A DNA stretch of 50,015 nucleotides, filler included, from Catajapyx aquilonaris (GCA_000934665.2; 3 parts of 3 records of this genome joined end to end with filler, not necessarily neighbours in it), one strand, 5' to 3'. Counted from the first letter of the whole stretch, positions 12,626-25,731 are shown. The notes: generated by a model from the letters alone, not told the origin. Translations and numbers: made by a program.

Positions 12626-14060
12626 ATGCGATTCATTTTTGGCATTTTTGTTTTGGCTGTGATTGGATCTGCAAAGGATGTTGCGAAGGTAAGCACAATT
12701 TGTCACTTTCGTTTGGGGTTTTAAAAAAATGTACCAATTGCAAATTGCAAATTATTGAGACCTTAGAGGGACTTACCCTAATTTTCTAGTTGTTCGGAAC
12801 CTTTATGGGTGTAACTACTCGGGTGTGACGTCAATTGGGAAAAAGCTGGGTCACTTGATACATAACCTAAATCAAACCGAGGATCACACACACAAAAAAA
12901 TATTTTTTTTTTCCAAAACTCGATTTTGCGCTCGTGGCAAACTGCCATTAAGAAACTAGTTCTTAAACGTGGTTGTATGTGACTGTACCTATCAGTTTAT
13001 TATTATTAGTGGGGTACACAATCGAGTGAAAAGTAAGACCCCCTAGGAATTAATTTCACTTTCAGGCCAGCCATTAGGAAATGGTTAGTAAAACTTTACA
13101 AGCTAGTTTTGACCTCTACATATAGTTGCCCAATTTACGTGTAAGGACAAAATAGTATAGCTGCATTTATGAACATCAATAAACTGCAATTTTCTCCACA
13201 AAAATATCAAGGTGAAAGTTGTAAAAAAAACAACTGTACCTGTACAATATAACCGAATTTACAGCTAAAATTTACAGAGCGAAATTTTGAGCTACCGTGA
13301 AAACACTATTGAACTTTCCATCTTGTTCTGATTAGATTCTTTAGCGATGTAAGTGTCGTAGAGTGTATCATATAAAACGTCCCATCAATAATGCAAGTTC
13401 ATGATCGACTATTTCAATTACAGAGACAAATTGGGTACGATCAGTATCAGCCTTACTACTACGACGACGCCCCGGTCCTAACTGGCTACGCCCCTGTGGC
13501 CAAGAAGGAGAAGGGTCAGGACTTCAGCAAGATACCAGGTGTCCCAGGAGTGGACTACCCTCTATACCACGAGGTGCCCCACACCAATTTCGATTGCGAC
13601 CACGTCCCATACAGGCCCGGAATGTATGCCAACGTGGAAACAGGTTGCCAGGTATATAACACATACACGACATGTACTGACCATACGGTAAAAAGTACGC
13701 GTGCTTCAAAACTAGTTACGCAAGATCATATTGCAATTTTTTTTGTAGGCGTACCATGTGTGCCACGATGGACGGGAAGGTAAGCAAGGAGCGTCTTTTC
13801 TGTGCGGAAATGGCACCCTCTTCAACCAGCATGAGTTTACTTGCGATTGGTGGTACAACGTCAAGTGCTCAGAGGCACCTAAGTACTACAAGTAAGATGT
13901 TGTCAAAAGTAACAATGCCGCTGGAATATTATTATGCATATTTTTTTCCAGCCTGAACTTGGATCCGTATAAGAACCCGTATATCCCAAAACCAGAGGAT
14001 GAGGCCAAGAAGAGGGCGCAGCAGTTTGTTCAACAGGCCGGATATGCTTATGACTATTGA
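12626..14060 (+). CDS. Secreted chitin-binding type-2 (CBM14) domain protein, CPAP1-like cuticular protein; 4 coding exons, about 180 aa
   Basis: Exons 12626-12688 (MRFIFGIFVLAVIGSAKDVAK, gtaagc), 13424-13651 (RQIGYDQY...DFSKIPGVPGVDYPLYHEVPHTNFDCDHVPYRPGMYANVETGCQ), 13749-13891 (AYHVCHDGREGKQGASFLCGNGTLFNQHEFTCDWWYNVKCSEAPKYY) and 13952-14060 (NLNLDPYKNPY...GYAYDY*). GT-AG introns of phase 0,0,2. The PG-x-PG-x-DYP motif plus CBM14 is typical of arthropod CPAP1 proteins. Possible 5'UTR intron 12478-12592. Confidence 0.92.
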
Positions 14061-14380
14061 GATATGACATACATTATGATCAAATGACTAGTCTACAGGG
14101 TGTTGAATAATTGTACGACGCAAGTATGTCAGTTAGTTTTTAAAAATGTTAGGGTGACAAAACTTGGTTTTTGAAAAAAAAAAATGGCTTAAAGAATCGG
14201 GTGGTATACATGTGGTTGTATAATCATGCAACAGCCTGTATAATTACGTGAGCTCAATAATTAGTAATTACATGCTGATGGACATGTACTGTCATGAGCA
14301 GTATAACAACAAAGCAACTCGCGACCGTACAAGTACATCTGCCATTATTGTTGACCTGGCTCCAGGGTCAGGGGGTCATA

Positions 14381-14725
14381 TACTACTGTACATAAGAGGC
14401 GCAAACTTCTGTCGCCGTCTTTGATGTTCACGTCTCTCTGTTTGGGGCCGTTGCCAAGGCTGGCGGCCATTTTTAAGTGTGGGAAACGCCAACGAGGTAT
14501 AAATAGGGTACAGGCAAAATTAGGGTCCGCCATCTTTGATGGTTTTGGCGGCCATGGCAACTACACGACAAGAACACGCGCTAAGCGAAGATGGCGGACC
14601 ATATTTTTGCCTGTACCCTATTCATACCTTGTTGGCGTTGCCCACACTTCAAAATGGCCGCCAGCCTTGGCAACGCCCCAAACTGAGAGACGCGGAAATC
14701 GAATGTTTGCGCCTCTTGTGTAGTA
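14381..14725. mobile_element. Foldback element/MITE with about 140-bp inverted arms, TA-flanked
   Basis: Arms at about 14381-14526 and 14588-14725 (e.g. GTTGCCAAGGCTGGCGGCCATTTT vs AAAATGGCCGCCAGCCTTGGCAAC; AAGAGGCGCAAAC vs GTTTGCGCCTCTT). TA on both sides. Confidence 0.85.
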
Positions 14726-16608
14726 TAATTATGCTCCCTGCCAGGGTGGTCTATATCGCCCAAGGTGGTGCACAGTTACCGAACCTTTAATTATAATGTT
14801 AATTATTGCACATACTTTTTTATACCCAAATGATTACGTAGCAGCGAGTGGTTATAAAATTCAACACATTTTTTGAAAGAGGAGGAAAGTTAAGGTATGT
14901 CTGAAAGACAATGAAGGTGAAAATTTTTACCTTCCTTCACACCTGAAAAGTTCCTACTTAGCGGCGACTAATTATTTATTGTTTTGTAGTATTGTTGACT
15001 GGCCTCGAAAATATGGCCCTTTTGTTCAGGAGAAAGTGGAGCTGACATAGACACCTGCTGTCTAATTACTTTCCTATAAGATTAAGTAGCCAAAACAGAA
15101 ACAACAACAAAAGAGTGCATATTTTTTAAAAATAAATAATATATATCATTATCTGCCAACTTTCATTTTATTTTCAGATAATACTTGTTATTATTAGGCT
15201 ACAGGGTGTGCACTGTTTACAATATATTCAAGTGGCGAATGTGAGAAGCAAATGACATTCCCACTCCTGATTTTATATAACACTCTATTAATCTTACTCT
15301 GCGTAGTATCAAATTACAACCTTGCGAATCAAGCTTTCACCTTCCATATTATACTGATCCTCTAAAATCTAATTCGTCTCCCTTTGGTATATCATTGCAT
15401 ACAGATTTCTCCATACAACAGGTTGGTCTTGGGTCGAAGGACACACCCGAACAAATAATCCCTCATTCATACGTGCCTGACCACTATCAATTCTTCGGGA
15501 AGATGGAAGGTCATGTCGACAGAAAGAAAGTCTGGTCTTTCTTCCCCCAATTTCTTTAAAAACACATGGAAAACTACTTACTCTCTAACACGTACCACCT
15601 TGTGGTCACCCTACAAAATGCGACAAATTGACGCCCATGTTGTTCGATGCGGCAAGAATTAGCCTTGTTGAAGAAAGTCATGTGCTACTGACTCATGAAG
15701 GATGAGCACGAATGAACCTAAACCATATGTACATGAAAAAGTGGACTAGAATGACAGCTGTACTTTGGGGACAAAGAAATTGAATATTGGTTGGCATATA
15801 AAAAGTGAAAATTGGTGTATTTGGTGAGACGAGAGAAAAAAATGTTCGTACTTGTCACTTTTTGCGTATGTTTTATAGCAAAAGTGCAGCTTTAATCCGG
15901 CTTAAAACTCGTATATTAATGATCCTACTATGCACCAGTCAGCCTGCTTTCCATTTATGCTAAAACCGGAAAATGATGCAGATCAATTGCATCCGGAAAT
16001 CACCTGCAGCCATATGCAAAACTACAATCTCAGGAACTTTCTTTAACGAGAGTAGATTTACTTGTACAAACCAATTCTGTTTTCAAAAAATGTTATTGTG
16101 GTCTAACATATGTGCGCAATCGCTCATAAATGCTGATCAATAAAAGTGTAAGTTCATGTAGCAGAAATTTTAGTGACCATTAAAAGATTGTTGACTTCTC
16201 CTCCAGCGTAATCAATGCTTTTCTGCAAAGTATGTGCTGTAAAACCATTTTACATTGCAGTAAAAGCTGACATAAAAGTTGGTGCAAACACTACTTGGTG
16301 GACCAGACTCCATTGAAATAATTATTGTTCCGAATAAATTTTTGTTGTATACTGAATGTACTGTCTATATAAAAAAGCGATATCATCAGTTTGACTAATG
16401 CACCTGATCCTATAATAAATTCAACGTCGACTGGTCCTGTGACATCTTAAGGGAGTGACCTTTTCGATTCAGCATTTTTTGACACAATGTAAAACTTTCC
16501 CTTGAGTGTGATCTGACGATAGTTCAAGATATACGTCCAGACCTGCCAGGCTGATGGAGAGAACCTGAAAAAAGTCACACCCTGTACCTCTATTGACTTG
16601 CACCAGGG

Positions 16609-16708
16609 NNNNNNNNNNNNNNNNNNNNNNNNNNNNNNNNNNNNNNNNNNNNTTAATTAATTAANNNNNNNNNNNNNNNNNNNNNNNNNNNNNNNNNNNN
16701 NNNNNNNN
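16609..16708. other. Artificial contig-joining spacer
   Basis: N44-TTAATTAATTAA-N44, exactly 100 bp, with stop codons in all six frames. Identical to 33314-33413. Confidence 0.97.
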
Positions 16709-17605
16709 AGGATATGTCGAACGAAGACGATGAATCCGCACCCGTTTTTCTCCTCGCTTTGCCTGAAAAGTGGCGCGAACGCCAGGTACCCGGCCCTCTT
16801 AATGAAATAAATTAAATAATAAGTGACAAAGTGCAAGGGTTTACTTCCAATCTATCTACGCATAATATTTTCCATACTTCAGAATATATTGATCACCAGT
16901 CATCTTCCTCTACCTTCAATAGATTGTGAAGGTGATAAACGTATTTAGGCCTATGTAGCCTGACTTAAGCTGTTTTCTGAATTAGCTGGCTTTCTTGAAG
17001 TGGAGTGGATGTTTCCACGGGATCTTATGAAAATTATAACATACATTTTATTTGTCTTGGCTTCTGCAGTTTTAAGTACAGCATTTACCAACCAATATCT
17101 CCATTTTACAAGAAAGTTCAATTTGGGCCCTTTTCATTCTGACTCAATTCGATCTTTTAACCATTTCGTTCATACATAATTATGCCAGTGCTTCCCAATT
17201 AAATCTTTTTCGTTGGCAACCCCAAAAAATCGTCTCGTGAAATTCGCGACCCTCCAGATGTGCAAATTTTCATTCCCCAACATGAAAAGGTAGCCTAGGT
17301 AAACAGTAACATAAAAATCATTGACAACAACTATTGTCGAATACAGTGGAACCTCGTACTTCGAACGCCCCTAACGTTCCAGAGTTAGAACGCAAAATTC
17401 GAGACAAATTCGACCCGGAGTTCGCAGGATGCTTCTAAGTTCGAACTGCTTGGGCAGTGAAAAAATGCTCTTGCTGTCTAAGCGACATCTGTTTTGCATC
17501 CAAGTCGTCTCTCGCTCTCACTTTGAAAGCATCTCTTGTGTTATGCTCATATTGTGTTTTCAGTGCTTTTATTGCTTCATTTTTGATGTGTTTGGTTATA
17601 ACTTA

Positions 17606-18498
17606 CTAGTAGGTTACCCGGCGTTGCCCGGGTATGTTGGGGTGCTGGTAAAGGTAGGGGTACATACACAGTATTTTAGGAAGTGTGTTTGTTTGTAAAA
17701 ATTTCCCTTCCACACACTCGAAACTCGATGTCTTAAAATAGGACCTATAAGTTGCAATAAGCCAAAGTTTGTCTCTACCTGCGATAGATTACCTGCTTGT
17801 CTTATAGCGTATAGTCCACACAGATATTCTGATTGGATGTGTAAAAAGAGGAATGCGGATGGAGTTGGCCCAGGAAAAGACTGCACAGCCACGTGTTTTT
17901 CCCCCTGCATTTTTGACCCCTTGACCCCCCCAACCCCACTTCACACCCCCACCTCGTTCCATATGTTTCATCTGAAGAACTTTAGAAGTGTACGTACAGA
18001 TGAATGGTGGGAAATTTGTTTTCAACACAGAGTAGCCTAATATTTGTAAATACTGTATTATTTTATTGTATTTATTTTTGTCTGGAAGTCTAGTTTCATA
18101 TCCCACAAAATCCCGGAATGACCATACGATACGAACTCACGTGAGGTGGCCAATTAGCGTAATTGGTGGATGCGTTGAATTTAGGGCAATACTTTTTTTT
18201 TGCATAAAGGCATTTCCATGGGAATGCGAATTGATATATGGTTATTTGATTTTTATGTAAGTTAATTGTCGAGGCCTGAGAAGTGAGAAGATTCGGGAAT
18301 ATGCGTGTTGTGGGAGTTAGGTTCATTTTCGGAAGCTGAAACATGCGGCGTTAGATTCCTTGGAAAAAGTAACCCCCGATATGCTAGTTTAAGGCGGTGT
18401 AAGGGCCTTCCCCTGGATTTCTATAAGGGACAAACATCCAAACTGACAAACTCACAAACTGACAAACTCACAAACTTCCTTATTTATAGAGATAGAGA
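17606..18498 (-). mobile_element. Non-autonomous Helitron
   Basis: Minus strand: A|TCTCTATCTCTATAAATAAGG... hairpin CCCGGGCAACGCCGGG ... CTAG|T. Inserted between A and T with no TSD. Internal ACAAACT(G/C) repeats at 18429-18475. Confidence 0.85.
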
Positions 18499-18849
18499 TA
18501 ATGGAAGGTTACTACTCCTCCCCAAACAGTCTTTATCTTCCTCTACACGACCAGCCACACAGGACATCACCACTCCTCACTTGTACAGTAAATTCAATTT
18601 TCATTTTATTCTACTGTGTTTACGTTTTTTTGTTGCTTTCATGTTTTAATTTATTATTTAGGGCATTTAATCATGTAATGTTGGCCTTAAATTATGTGTA
18701 GACCTATTTCCTCTTTATGTTTATCAAAATGGGTAGGCCTATTGTGTTGGGTCTAGGAACGGATTAATTCACTATCCATTGATTCTCATGGGGAAAATGA
18801 ATTCGGACATCCAACAATTCAGAGTTCAAACTGCCTCCTGGAACTAATT

Positions 18850-19640
18850 GAATCGGTTTTAGGAAAAAGGATGTAAGTCACAAAAATACAGCTTTTGGAG
18901 AATGACAAAAAACTGTTTATTCAATATCGCTACAGCAGTGAATGTTTACCAGTTCATTCCTGACATGAAGGTGATGTCTACGTATGAATATAGTTCTGAA
19001 TAATATGTTCTGAAAGGCACTATGAAGTAAAATAGATAGTGACTTACACCGTTCCTACAGATTTCAGACATATGGAAAGAGCTTCCTCTCACACATTAGC
19101 AAAATAGTCCCCATTGCATGAATCTGGGCTACCCATAATAGCAGAATTTAGTTACCATGACCATCAGCATCATCATCAGAAGTTTTCCATTGCAATATGT
19201 CGTCATAAAACGACATGTGCTCTGATGGAATGTATTGCATGAGTTTGCCTATGTCTTGCATTTTTTGGCATCTATTGGCACGCCTGTACAGTCATATGCT
19301 TGGTTTGTTGGCAAGCTAACCTCTGCGCACTTCTGAAGCTTGAATTCATACTGGACGCCCCCATCCGTGAATTCACTGACTTGGATGACACCTGGGTAAC
19401 TGGCATCATAGTTGAAAGTCTTATAAGAAGACACAGTTTCTGGGAGGAAGGGGCTTAGTCACTGACTTAGGGCGTTATTCCAAGAATCATGAAATGAGAA
19501 CATGCTGCTATTCGTGCATGGCTGGCCTGACTTACATCGTTCCTATACCAAAAGATGCCCCTTGCGTTGTACTATACCATCGACGAATAACCTGAAAATC
19601 GCAATTTTGTGACTTACATCCTTTTTCCTAAAACCGATTC
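18850..19640 (-). mobile_element. Sola1-like DNA transposon deletion derivative with transposase C-terminal remnant
   Basis: Perfect 36-bp TIR GAATCGGTTTTAGGAAAAAGGATGTAAGTCACAAAA and 4-bp AATT TSD (18846-49, 19641-44). The minus-strand remnant ...GVPIDAKK / frameshift / MQDIGKLMQYIPSEHMSFYDDILQW resembles a transposase C-terminus. The superfamily is inferred from the AWWT TSD. Confidence 0.75.
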
Positions 19641-22345
19641 AATTAAGTTCGAATTTCGAAGCACCACCGTGTCTGAATTGTTCTGTAACTTATACCTTAT
19701 ATGGGCATAATTTTCCCAAGAGATAGAATCATTTTGTGAAAATCATTTGTTATCCTCCCTCGCGACCCCACATATTAAGTTCGCATCATTTGGAAAACCC
19801 TGACACACATGCCCTTCTCTGCCAGAAATCTCAGTGCCCTGGAGAAAATAGATATCCCAATAGATTTTCTACCTTATTTGTTACCATTACTGATTTCTGA
19901 TTGGGAATGTCCCATTTTGTAACAATATTGGCATTGAACATCAGTAATAGAGCTTTTTTTTTTGCAAGCTATATCCCCTTGTAGACATGTAAAAACTGAT
20001 AGATTTATACAAATTACCAAGTAATATTATCATCTGATACGGTACCTTTGAGAACAACTACTAAGTGACAATTCAGATGTAATTGATTAAAAATAAACAA
20101 CTTTATGCCAAAAAATCGCTAGCTGCTATGGTCAGTTGGAATACTTTACAATGGTTATAATATTTTTAGTACGAAAATTTATGGATCTCTTTAAATTTTT
20201 ACTGCCTTGTGATAAAAGTTTTCAAAAGTGAATGCATATTTACCAGTAGTAGATTGACCTGTGTAGCCTATTCATTTTGGGTATAGAGCATTTCAAAAAT
20301 AGCGTATCATATAGCTATAGAGATTCCTAACAGGATATTCGGACTTTCACAATCCTTATACATTATCCTAGCCCCTATCTTGCACTGATTGCATTTATCT
20401 AATCTTCACATCTACTTTCGCAATTGCACCCCTACACAATACAATACATTGAGCTAAGTAATTAGAGATATTTACAGCATAGGAAAATTCCATATTGATG
20501 GTTGACATTGGTAGGCCATTCTTTGTATTTTAAAAAAACAGAATATAAAATAGCACAGAATATAGAGCAGGCTAGCTGACCTCCCTCGCACTCTATTTCC
20601 ATCTGCAAAAGTTACATCACCTGGATCTTGGCTTCCATCCCCCGTTGCTAAATTTACAATCGCATGCCCACACTGTGTGCTCTCATTACTCACACCAACA
20701 CATGGGACTCAATTTGCAGAAGGTGATGGGGGGAAGCAATCAGAAGAAAACATTCATAATGCAATTTTTATTCTCTTTGCTTGCAATTTTCAGAAAATTG
20801 GTAAACTCACCCAGTTGGATTACTGCAATTAGTAATCCATAACACGTGTATCAACATGTAGCAATATGCACTCATATTGACATACGTGTACATACTCATT
20901 AGGGTCAACAATAACATCCAGACGAGTCACCAGCATTGGCTAAACTTTTATTCCTAAAGGAAATGCAGGACAAGGTCACAGGGATAACACAAAAAAGACA
21001 CTGGTCTGTAAGTCACTTCTAGGTCACTTTTTTTTTATGTAAGCACTTACATGTACTTCCACAGTTCCCTCCTGCTCCGTCTTGAAATGAACATCAAACA
21101 GATGTAAATACCTTATTTAAAAAAACCAAGTCCCCCAAGGTACAGGATACACCATATTTTAAAAAAAATCCAACACCCTAATACGTTAACATCACTTTAT
21201 TTTTTCAATAACGAAGCACAGTGGAATCTGCAAAAGTCTTCCACTTCTTGTAGGCAGCTGAAGTGGAACTAAATGCAAGTTTTCACATAATTATTTTTTT
21301 CCCCTTGGAATGCCTGGAAGTCAACTTGCAGTGAGAGGAAAAAAATAATTAAAAACCCCGACACTTGGCATGGATGCCATGTGATCTAAAGAAAGAGAGA
21401 ACATGTCCTTTTTCTCCCCACCAGTTTATAAAGTATAAGTAACCATGAAACATAAATGGCAATATCACAATGAGAACAACAACTTGGATCGATTTTTTTT
21501 TTTTTTCATGTCACGACAAACAACCTGGAACCCACTTCTTTCATTTCAGTTAGTAGTGAAAAGGTTATATATATGTAGTTACACATTTCTTTTTAAAACT
21601 TGATCTAATTTTTTTCCCTTTCATTTGCTACACTGTACATGATGTGTGTGAATGAGTGATGGACATTTAACACGCAATCTGTAGCTATAAATTGATTCTG
21701 GGCATTTGAAATTTTTTTTGAAGGAGGCCCTTCCCATGTAAAATAAAACACAACATGCCGAAAAGTGAGTAATTTGAAAATAAAACATTTCCTAAAAGTT
21801 AGCAAGCTGTACACTTCACTTACTCTGACAATTGAATAATCTCAAGCCTGTGAGCACTTCATGTAGCACAATTTACAACCAATATATATTTTCGGCACAT
21901 TGCATTTTGCAAGACAAAGGTCGTCACTCATGGAAGGGAGGAAAAGAGCAGTTTGACTTAATTGGTTAGCGAAACATTGGTGAAATAGGTCACAACCTTA
22001 GAGTGGGAATGGCTGCTTTTGTGCCCTGGACACTTCCTCTTTTAAGTAGTTAGGTGCTACTATTCAAGAGTGAAAATAAGCAAGAGATTCTGGATCTTGT
22101 AAAAACACAACAATTCAAGTGGAGGAGAGGAAACAAAAACAAAAATCATTCCTGAGGTAGCGCTTACATTCTATGTACAAAAGTGTGGTCCAGTGGCAGA
22201 GGTCCAGCTGATCAGTGGTTGCTAATTTTGAAACATGAAAAAGGTCAAATTGTGGCTGGCAGACTTTTTATCTAAGGCTTGAAGGACTTAGATGTAAATA
22301 ATGATGTGAGACAAGAATCACAGATTTTGTTCTAAGGATCTAAGC

Positions 22346-22586
22346 CAGTGGTTCCCAACCTTTTTTGGGTCGCGACCTCTTTTTATGATAGTCAAGTAAC
22401 CTGCGACCCCCTCCCCACCCACCTCCCGAGTGTTAGTAGGTGTTGAAAAAAACCGTCACGATGAAATTTCCTATAAACATTTTGTTGTTTTTTAAAAAAA
22501 ATTAGTATTTTGTAATTTATAAAAATTCCCGCGGCCACGCGCGACCCCCCGAAAAATTCTTCGCGACCCCAGGTTGGGAACCGCTG
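22346..22586. mobile_element. hAT (Charlie-like) MITE
   Basis: TIR CAGTGGTTCCCAACCT / AGGTTGGGAACCGCTG, perfect 8-bp TSD ATCTAAGC, subterminal CGCGACCC repeats. Confidence 0.92.
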
Positions 22587-25500
22587 ATCTAAGCAGTCGT
22601 ATACAAATAATTTGGACAATGATTTTTCTTCTTCAATATAAGGTTACATGGCTTGGTAACTTTTTAGCTTTGCATAATTCTATAGGAAAATTTACATAAT
22701 TGTCACTTCAGAATTTTTATGCAAGATTCTAAATGCAGCTTATATTTATTGCAAGCAAGGAATGATTATTATTATTAGTAGTATTTGTTATAACCATTCT
22801 GCATAAACAGGCTCCAATATATGCTAATAATCACTGGCTTGCACCTTCATCCAAATAATCCTTCAACTTTTTTTAGAATATCTTTTAATGACCTAATAAT
22901 GTAATTTATTTAAAATCAACATATTTTAGGTCCCTTATTAATCATTTACAATATTCTGGGCTGGTCTTTACTGCACAACCCGTCAGGAGTAGTTATCCTT
23001 CTTTCTATTGCCACTTTATATAGTGGTGAATATTCTATAACTCTGAATGAATTATTGTGTAAATATTTATTTGCCACAGCTGGGTTAGACAGGTAGGGTA
23101 GCAGAGTTGAATTTGGAATATCCAACTTCTCCTGTAGGGTCTCTGATGTAAGCAATACAAGGCATTCAACTTACTCATCAGAATGTAATATTATATTAGC
23201 TATCTGAGGAAAAATAGCATGCCTTCTGTAATATTCTGACGATCTATCAAAAGTCTCAATAACAGATATGTACATTATACTCTTGTAAAGTTATCTAATA
23301 AATTGTGTATACAATGTTTAATAACTTTGGAGGTTATAGTGTTGTACAGGAGCCACAAAAAATTTCAATCATTTGTGAATTCTCGAATACCTCATTTCTT
23401 GTGCTTTAGTGGTGCTGATGAGAGGGCAACAGCTAGGGCCTTTGACCTGGGTCAGGGGACATATCAGTTGCCCTTCCCCAGCAATAACTATTGGGAAATG
23501 AAGCAACCGGGAATAAGCAAGTGACCAAAATATTACGTTCATACATTTAATGCGATATTTAACCGCTACTTCTTCTGTGTTGTAGGTAATAATTTCACAT
23601 TATTTACATCTGAACCCATCAATGACATCTTACTGTTACATAATCTGTAGTTGTGGCCCTGTGACATATGAACCACACTCAGTGCAGCATAAATAGTGAA
23701 AGACTTGGATAGACAAAAGCGAGAAAGATTCTTCTCAAAGTTTTGGTGAGCTTTAAGTGTGTAAGTGCAGGAATGTGAATGGATGGAATGTGCAAGTTTG
23801 GGGCCCAGAAAATAATATTTAAAAGTCGCCTAATCAAACCCACAGTATTATGTCTTCCCTGTCTCTAAAATGCAGCCAATTAGAATAAGAAAAAAGAAAC
23901 AATGATGGCACAACCCCAGCAGGCCGCCCCAGGAATTTAAAAGGTACACCCTCTTTTTCTCTACTAATAAGATTACTACACCCCAACAATAAGTCAAGCA
24001 AAACTCATCTTTTTAAGTCTCTGGCAAAAAATATAAAACTTTTTTTCTACAGTTAGTCATCCATAATTCCATTGTAACTCTCTCCACTTTTCCCTTTGAT
24101 CTATAATAATTATATTTATAGTTATATATTTATATTCTATGTATATGTATATAGGGTGTGTGATGAGGCATACACTTCCACTCTCATAGGGGGGCAAACA
24201 AATGGTGACGAACTGGTCTGACATGGAACGGCATGGCACGAGTTGACACATTCTAAGGTCGAATGGCCAACAGCCCGTCTACACAAAACAAGTACTTCCT
24301 AATCTGACCGACGGATGGCAGGGCTCCAAAGCCAAATAAAACAAGTGACGGCTGATGAGCAGGTGAGGGGTTAAACATATGAGACACAAGATGGTACTGT
24401 CTGATACAGTTGGTTTTTTGTGGCTTTCTGGCTGATCAATTTTCTTATCTTGTTCAAGTACCCATCGCCATTTTCACCTTTAGCAGCTTGTGAATGGCTT
24501 CACTCTCTGCCCTTCTCCATGGAGCCCTCTTAACTCATGCACTGGCTGTATGAGGCCTCCCTCCGGACAATTACGAAGCTGCTTAATACAGTCATTTGGA
24601 CAGGCAAAGATGTGCCCAGACCTGTCTGGCCTGTTCCAGTTCATACCTTTTGTTTGCACCCATCATTTTTCTCTCTTTTCTTCAGAGCTGAGAAAAAAAG
24701 TATAGTTGGCTCTTGATCGCACAATGTTTGTCAGATATGTATAAGGAAAAAAAAAAACACAGCAGGATTTATTGGGAAGGGCTGGTATATATAGTAGGCG
24801 AAAAAAAAAAGATTGTCACTTTGTACTTGGCGGCGAAAGAGCGAGCTTCGAAGGGGATTTTCTTTTCCTCAGCACTATAGAGACGCAAGATGAAAAAGTG
24901 ATTTCCTTTTCACTCATGAGCTTCCAGCCCTCCAAAACTCACTGCAGGGACCATCCTTCACAGGGCGCCTGCAAAGAAAATGAAGACGATCTTGGGATCA
25001 CTTACTAATGAGGGCAGTCTGTCATCATAATGTGTGCCCTGGAATGGAATGGAATTGAATTGAATTATCTACCTTCAACTGAATTTAAAACATGTGGGAT
25101 ACTGGCTTTGTTTTTAAGAATCCTGAATACATGAAAAGTACAGGAAATAGCCCTACCCGTTATACGCAGCTTCATTTTATGCCATTTCACATTAACGCCA
25201 GTATGAAAATTGCATTTTAAAATTTGAAAATGGATAAATTCAGAAATATTTGAAAGTAGCAACACAATCTAAGCATAAGCACAATGCTGCAACACTTCTG
25301 AGTCCAAACACACTACAGTAAAGGCTATTTTTTGTGTTTTGTGGTGCCTTGTAGTGGGGTCTATTGATATGCACAGCACCGTATTGTTGGTCTTGGCACT
25401 CCCTGAAATAGGCCTACTGTAACTGTCGTTAAATACCCTATGTGCACTGCAGTTCTTGTCGTAGGAGGGAAATAAGCCCTCAGCACCCAATGACACTCAA

Positions 25501-25731
25501 CCTGGAACCTCCCATTAAATGTCTGTAATAAATATTTAAAATATTCAGAGTTAAAACAGCAGTATTAGTACTGTCTGCGGGAAAATTTTAAAAATTTTGG
25601 AACCTATCTCATTTATTTACATTATAATTTTGTTTTGTTTTATGCCTCTGGATTGATGGAACCAATTACTGTCGTAAAATGGGTACTTCCTGTATAGTGA
25701 TCAGTTGCATCTTGTGAGCACGTATGGAGTA

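Larger units (their letters stand above)
17344..19669. mobile_element. Tigger/pogo-like MITE split by two later insertions
   Basis: Starts TA|CAGTGGAACCTCGTACTTCGAAC. After removing 17606-18498 and 18850-19644 it is collinear with the reverse complement of the intact copy at 26344-27010. Confidence 0.85.
17186..19802. mobile_element. Possible outer hAT (Charlie-like) MITE enclosing the nest
   Basis: Left CAGTGCTTCCCAA...TTCGCGACCC and right TCGCGACCCC...TTGGAAAACCCTG resemble the ends of 22346-22586. The 8-bp TSD is not preserved. Confidence 0.45.

Noticed and set aside
14345..14790. Overlapping ORFs on both strands
   Set aside because: An artefact of the GC-rich foldback element.
16653..16664. 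TTAATTAATTAA inside N runs as a biological motif
   Set aside because: An identical 44+12+44 construct occurs at both gaps; it is an assembly linker.
24159..24224. C/D-box snoRNA (GTGATGA...CTGA)
   Set aside because: Only about a 3-bp terminal stem, no recognised rRNA/snRNA guide and no established host intron.
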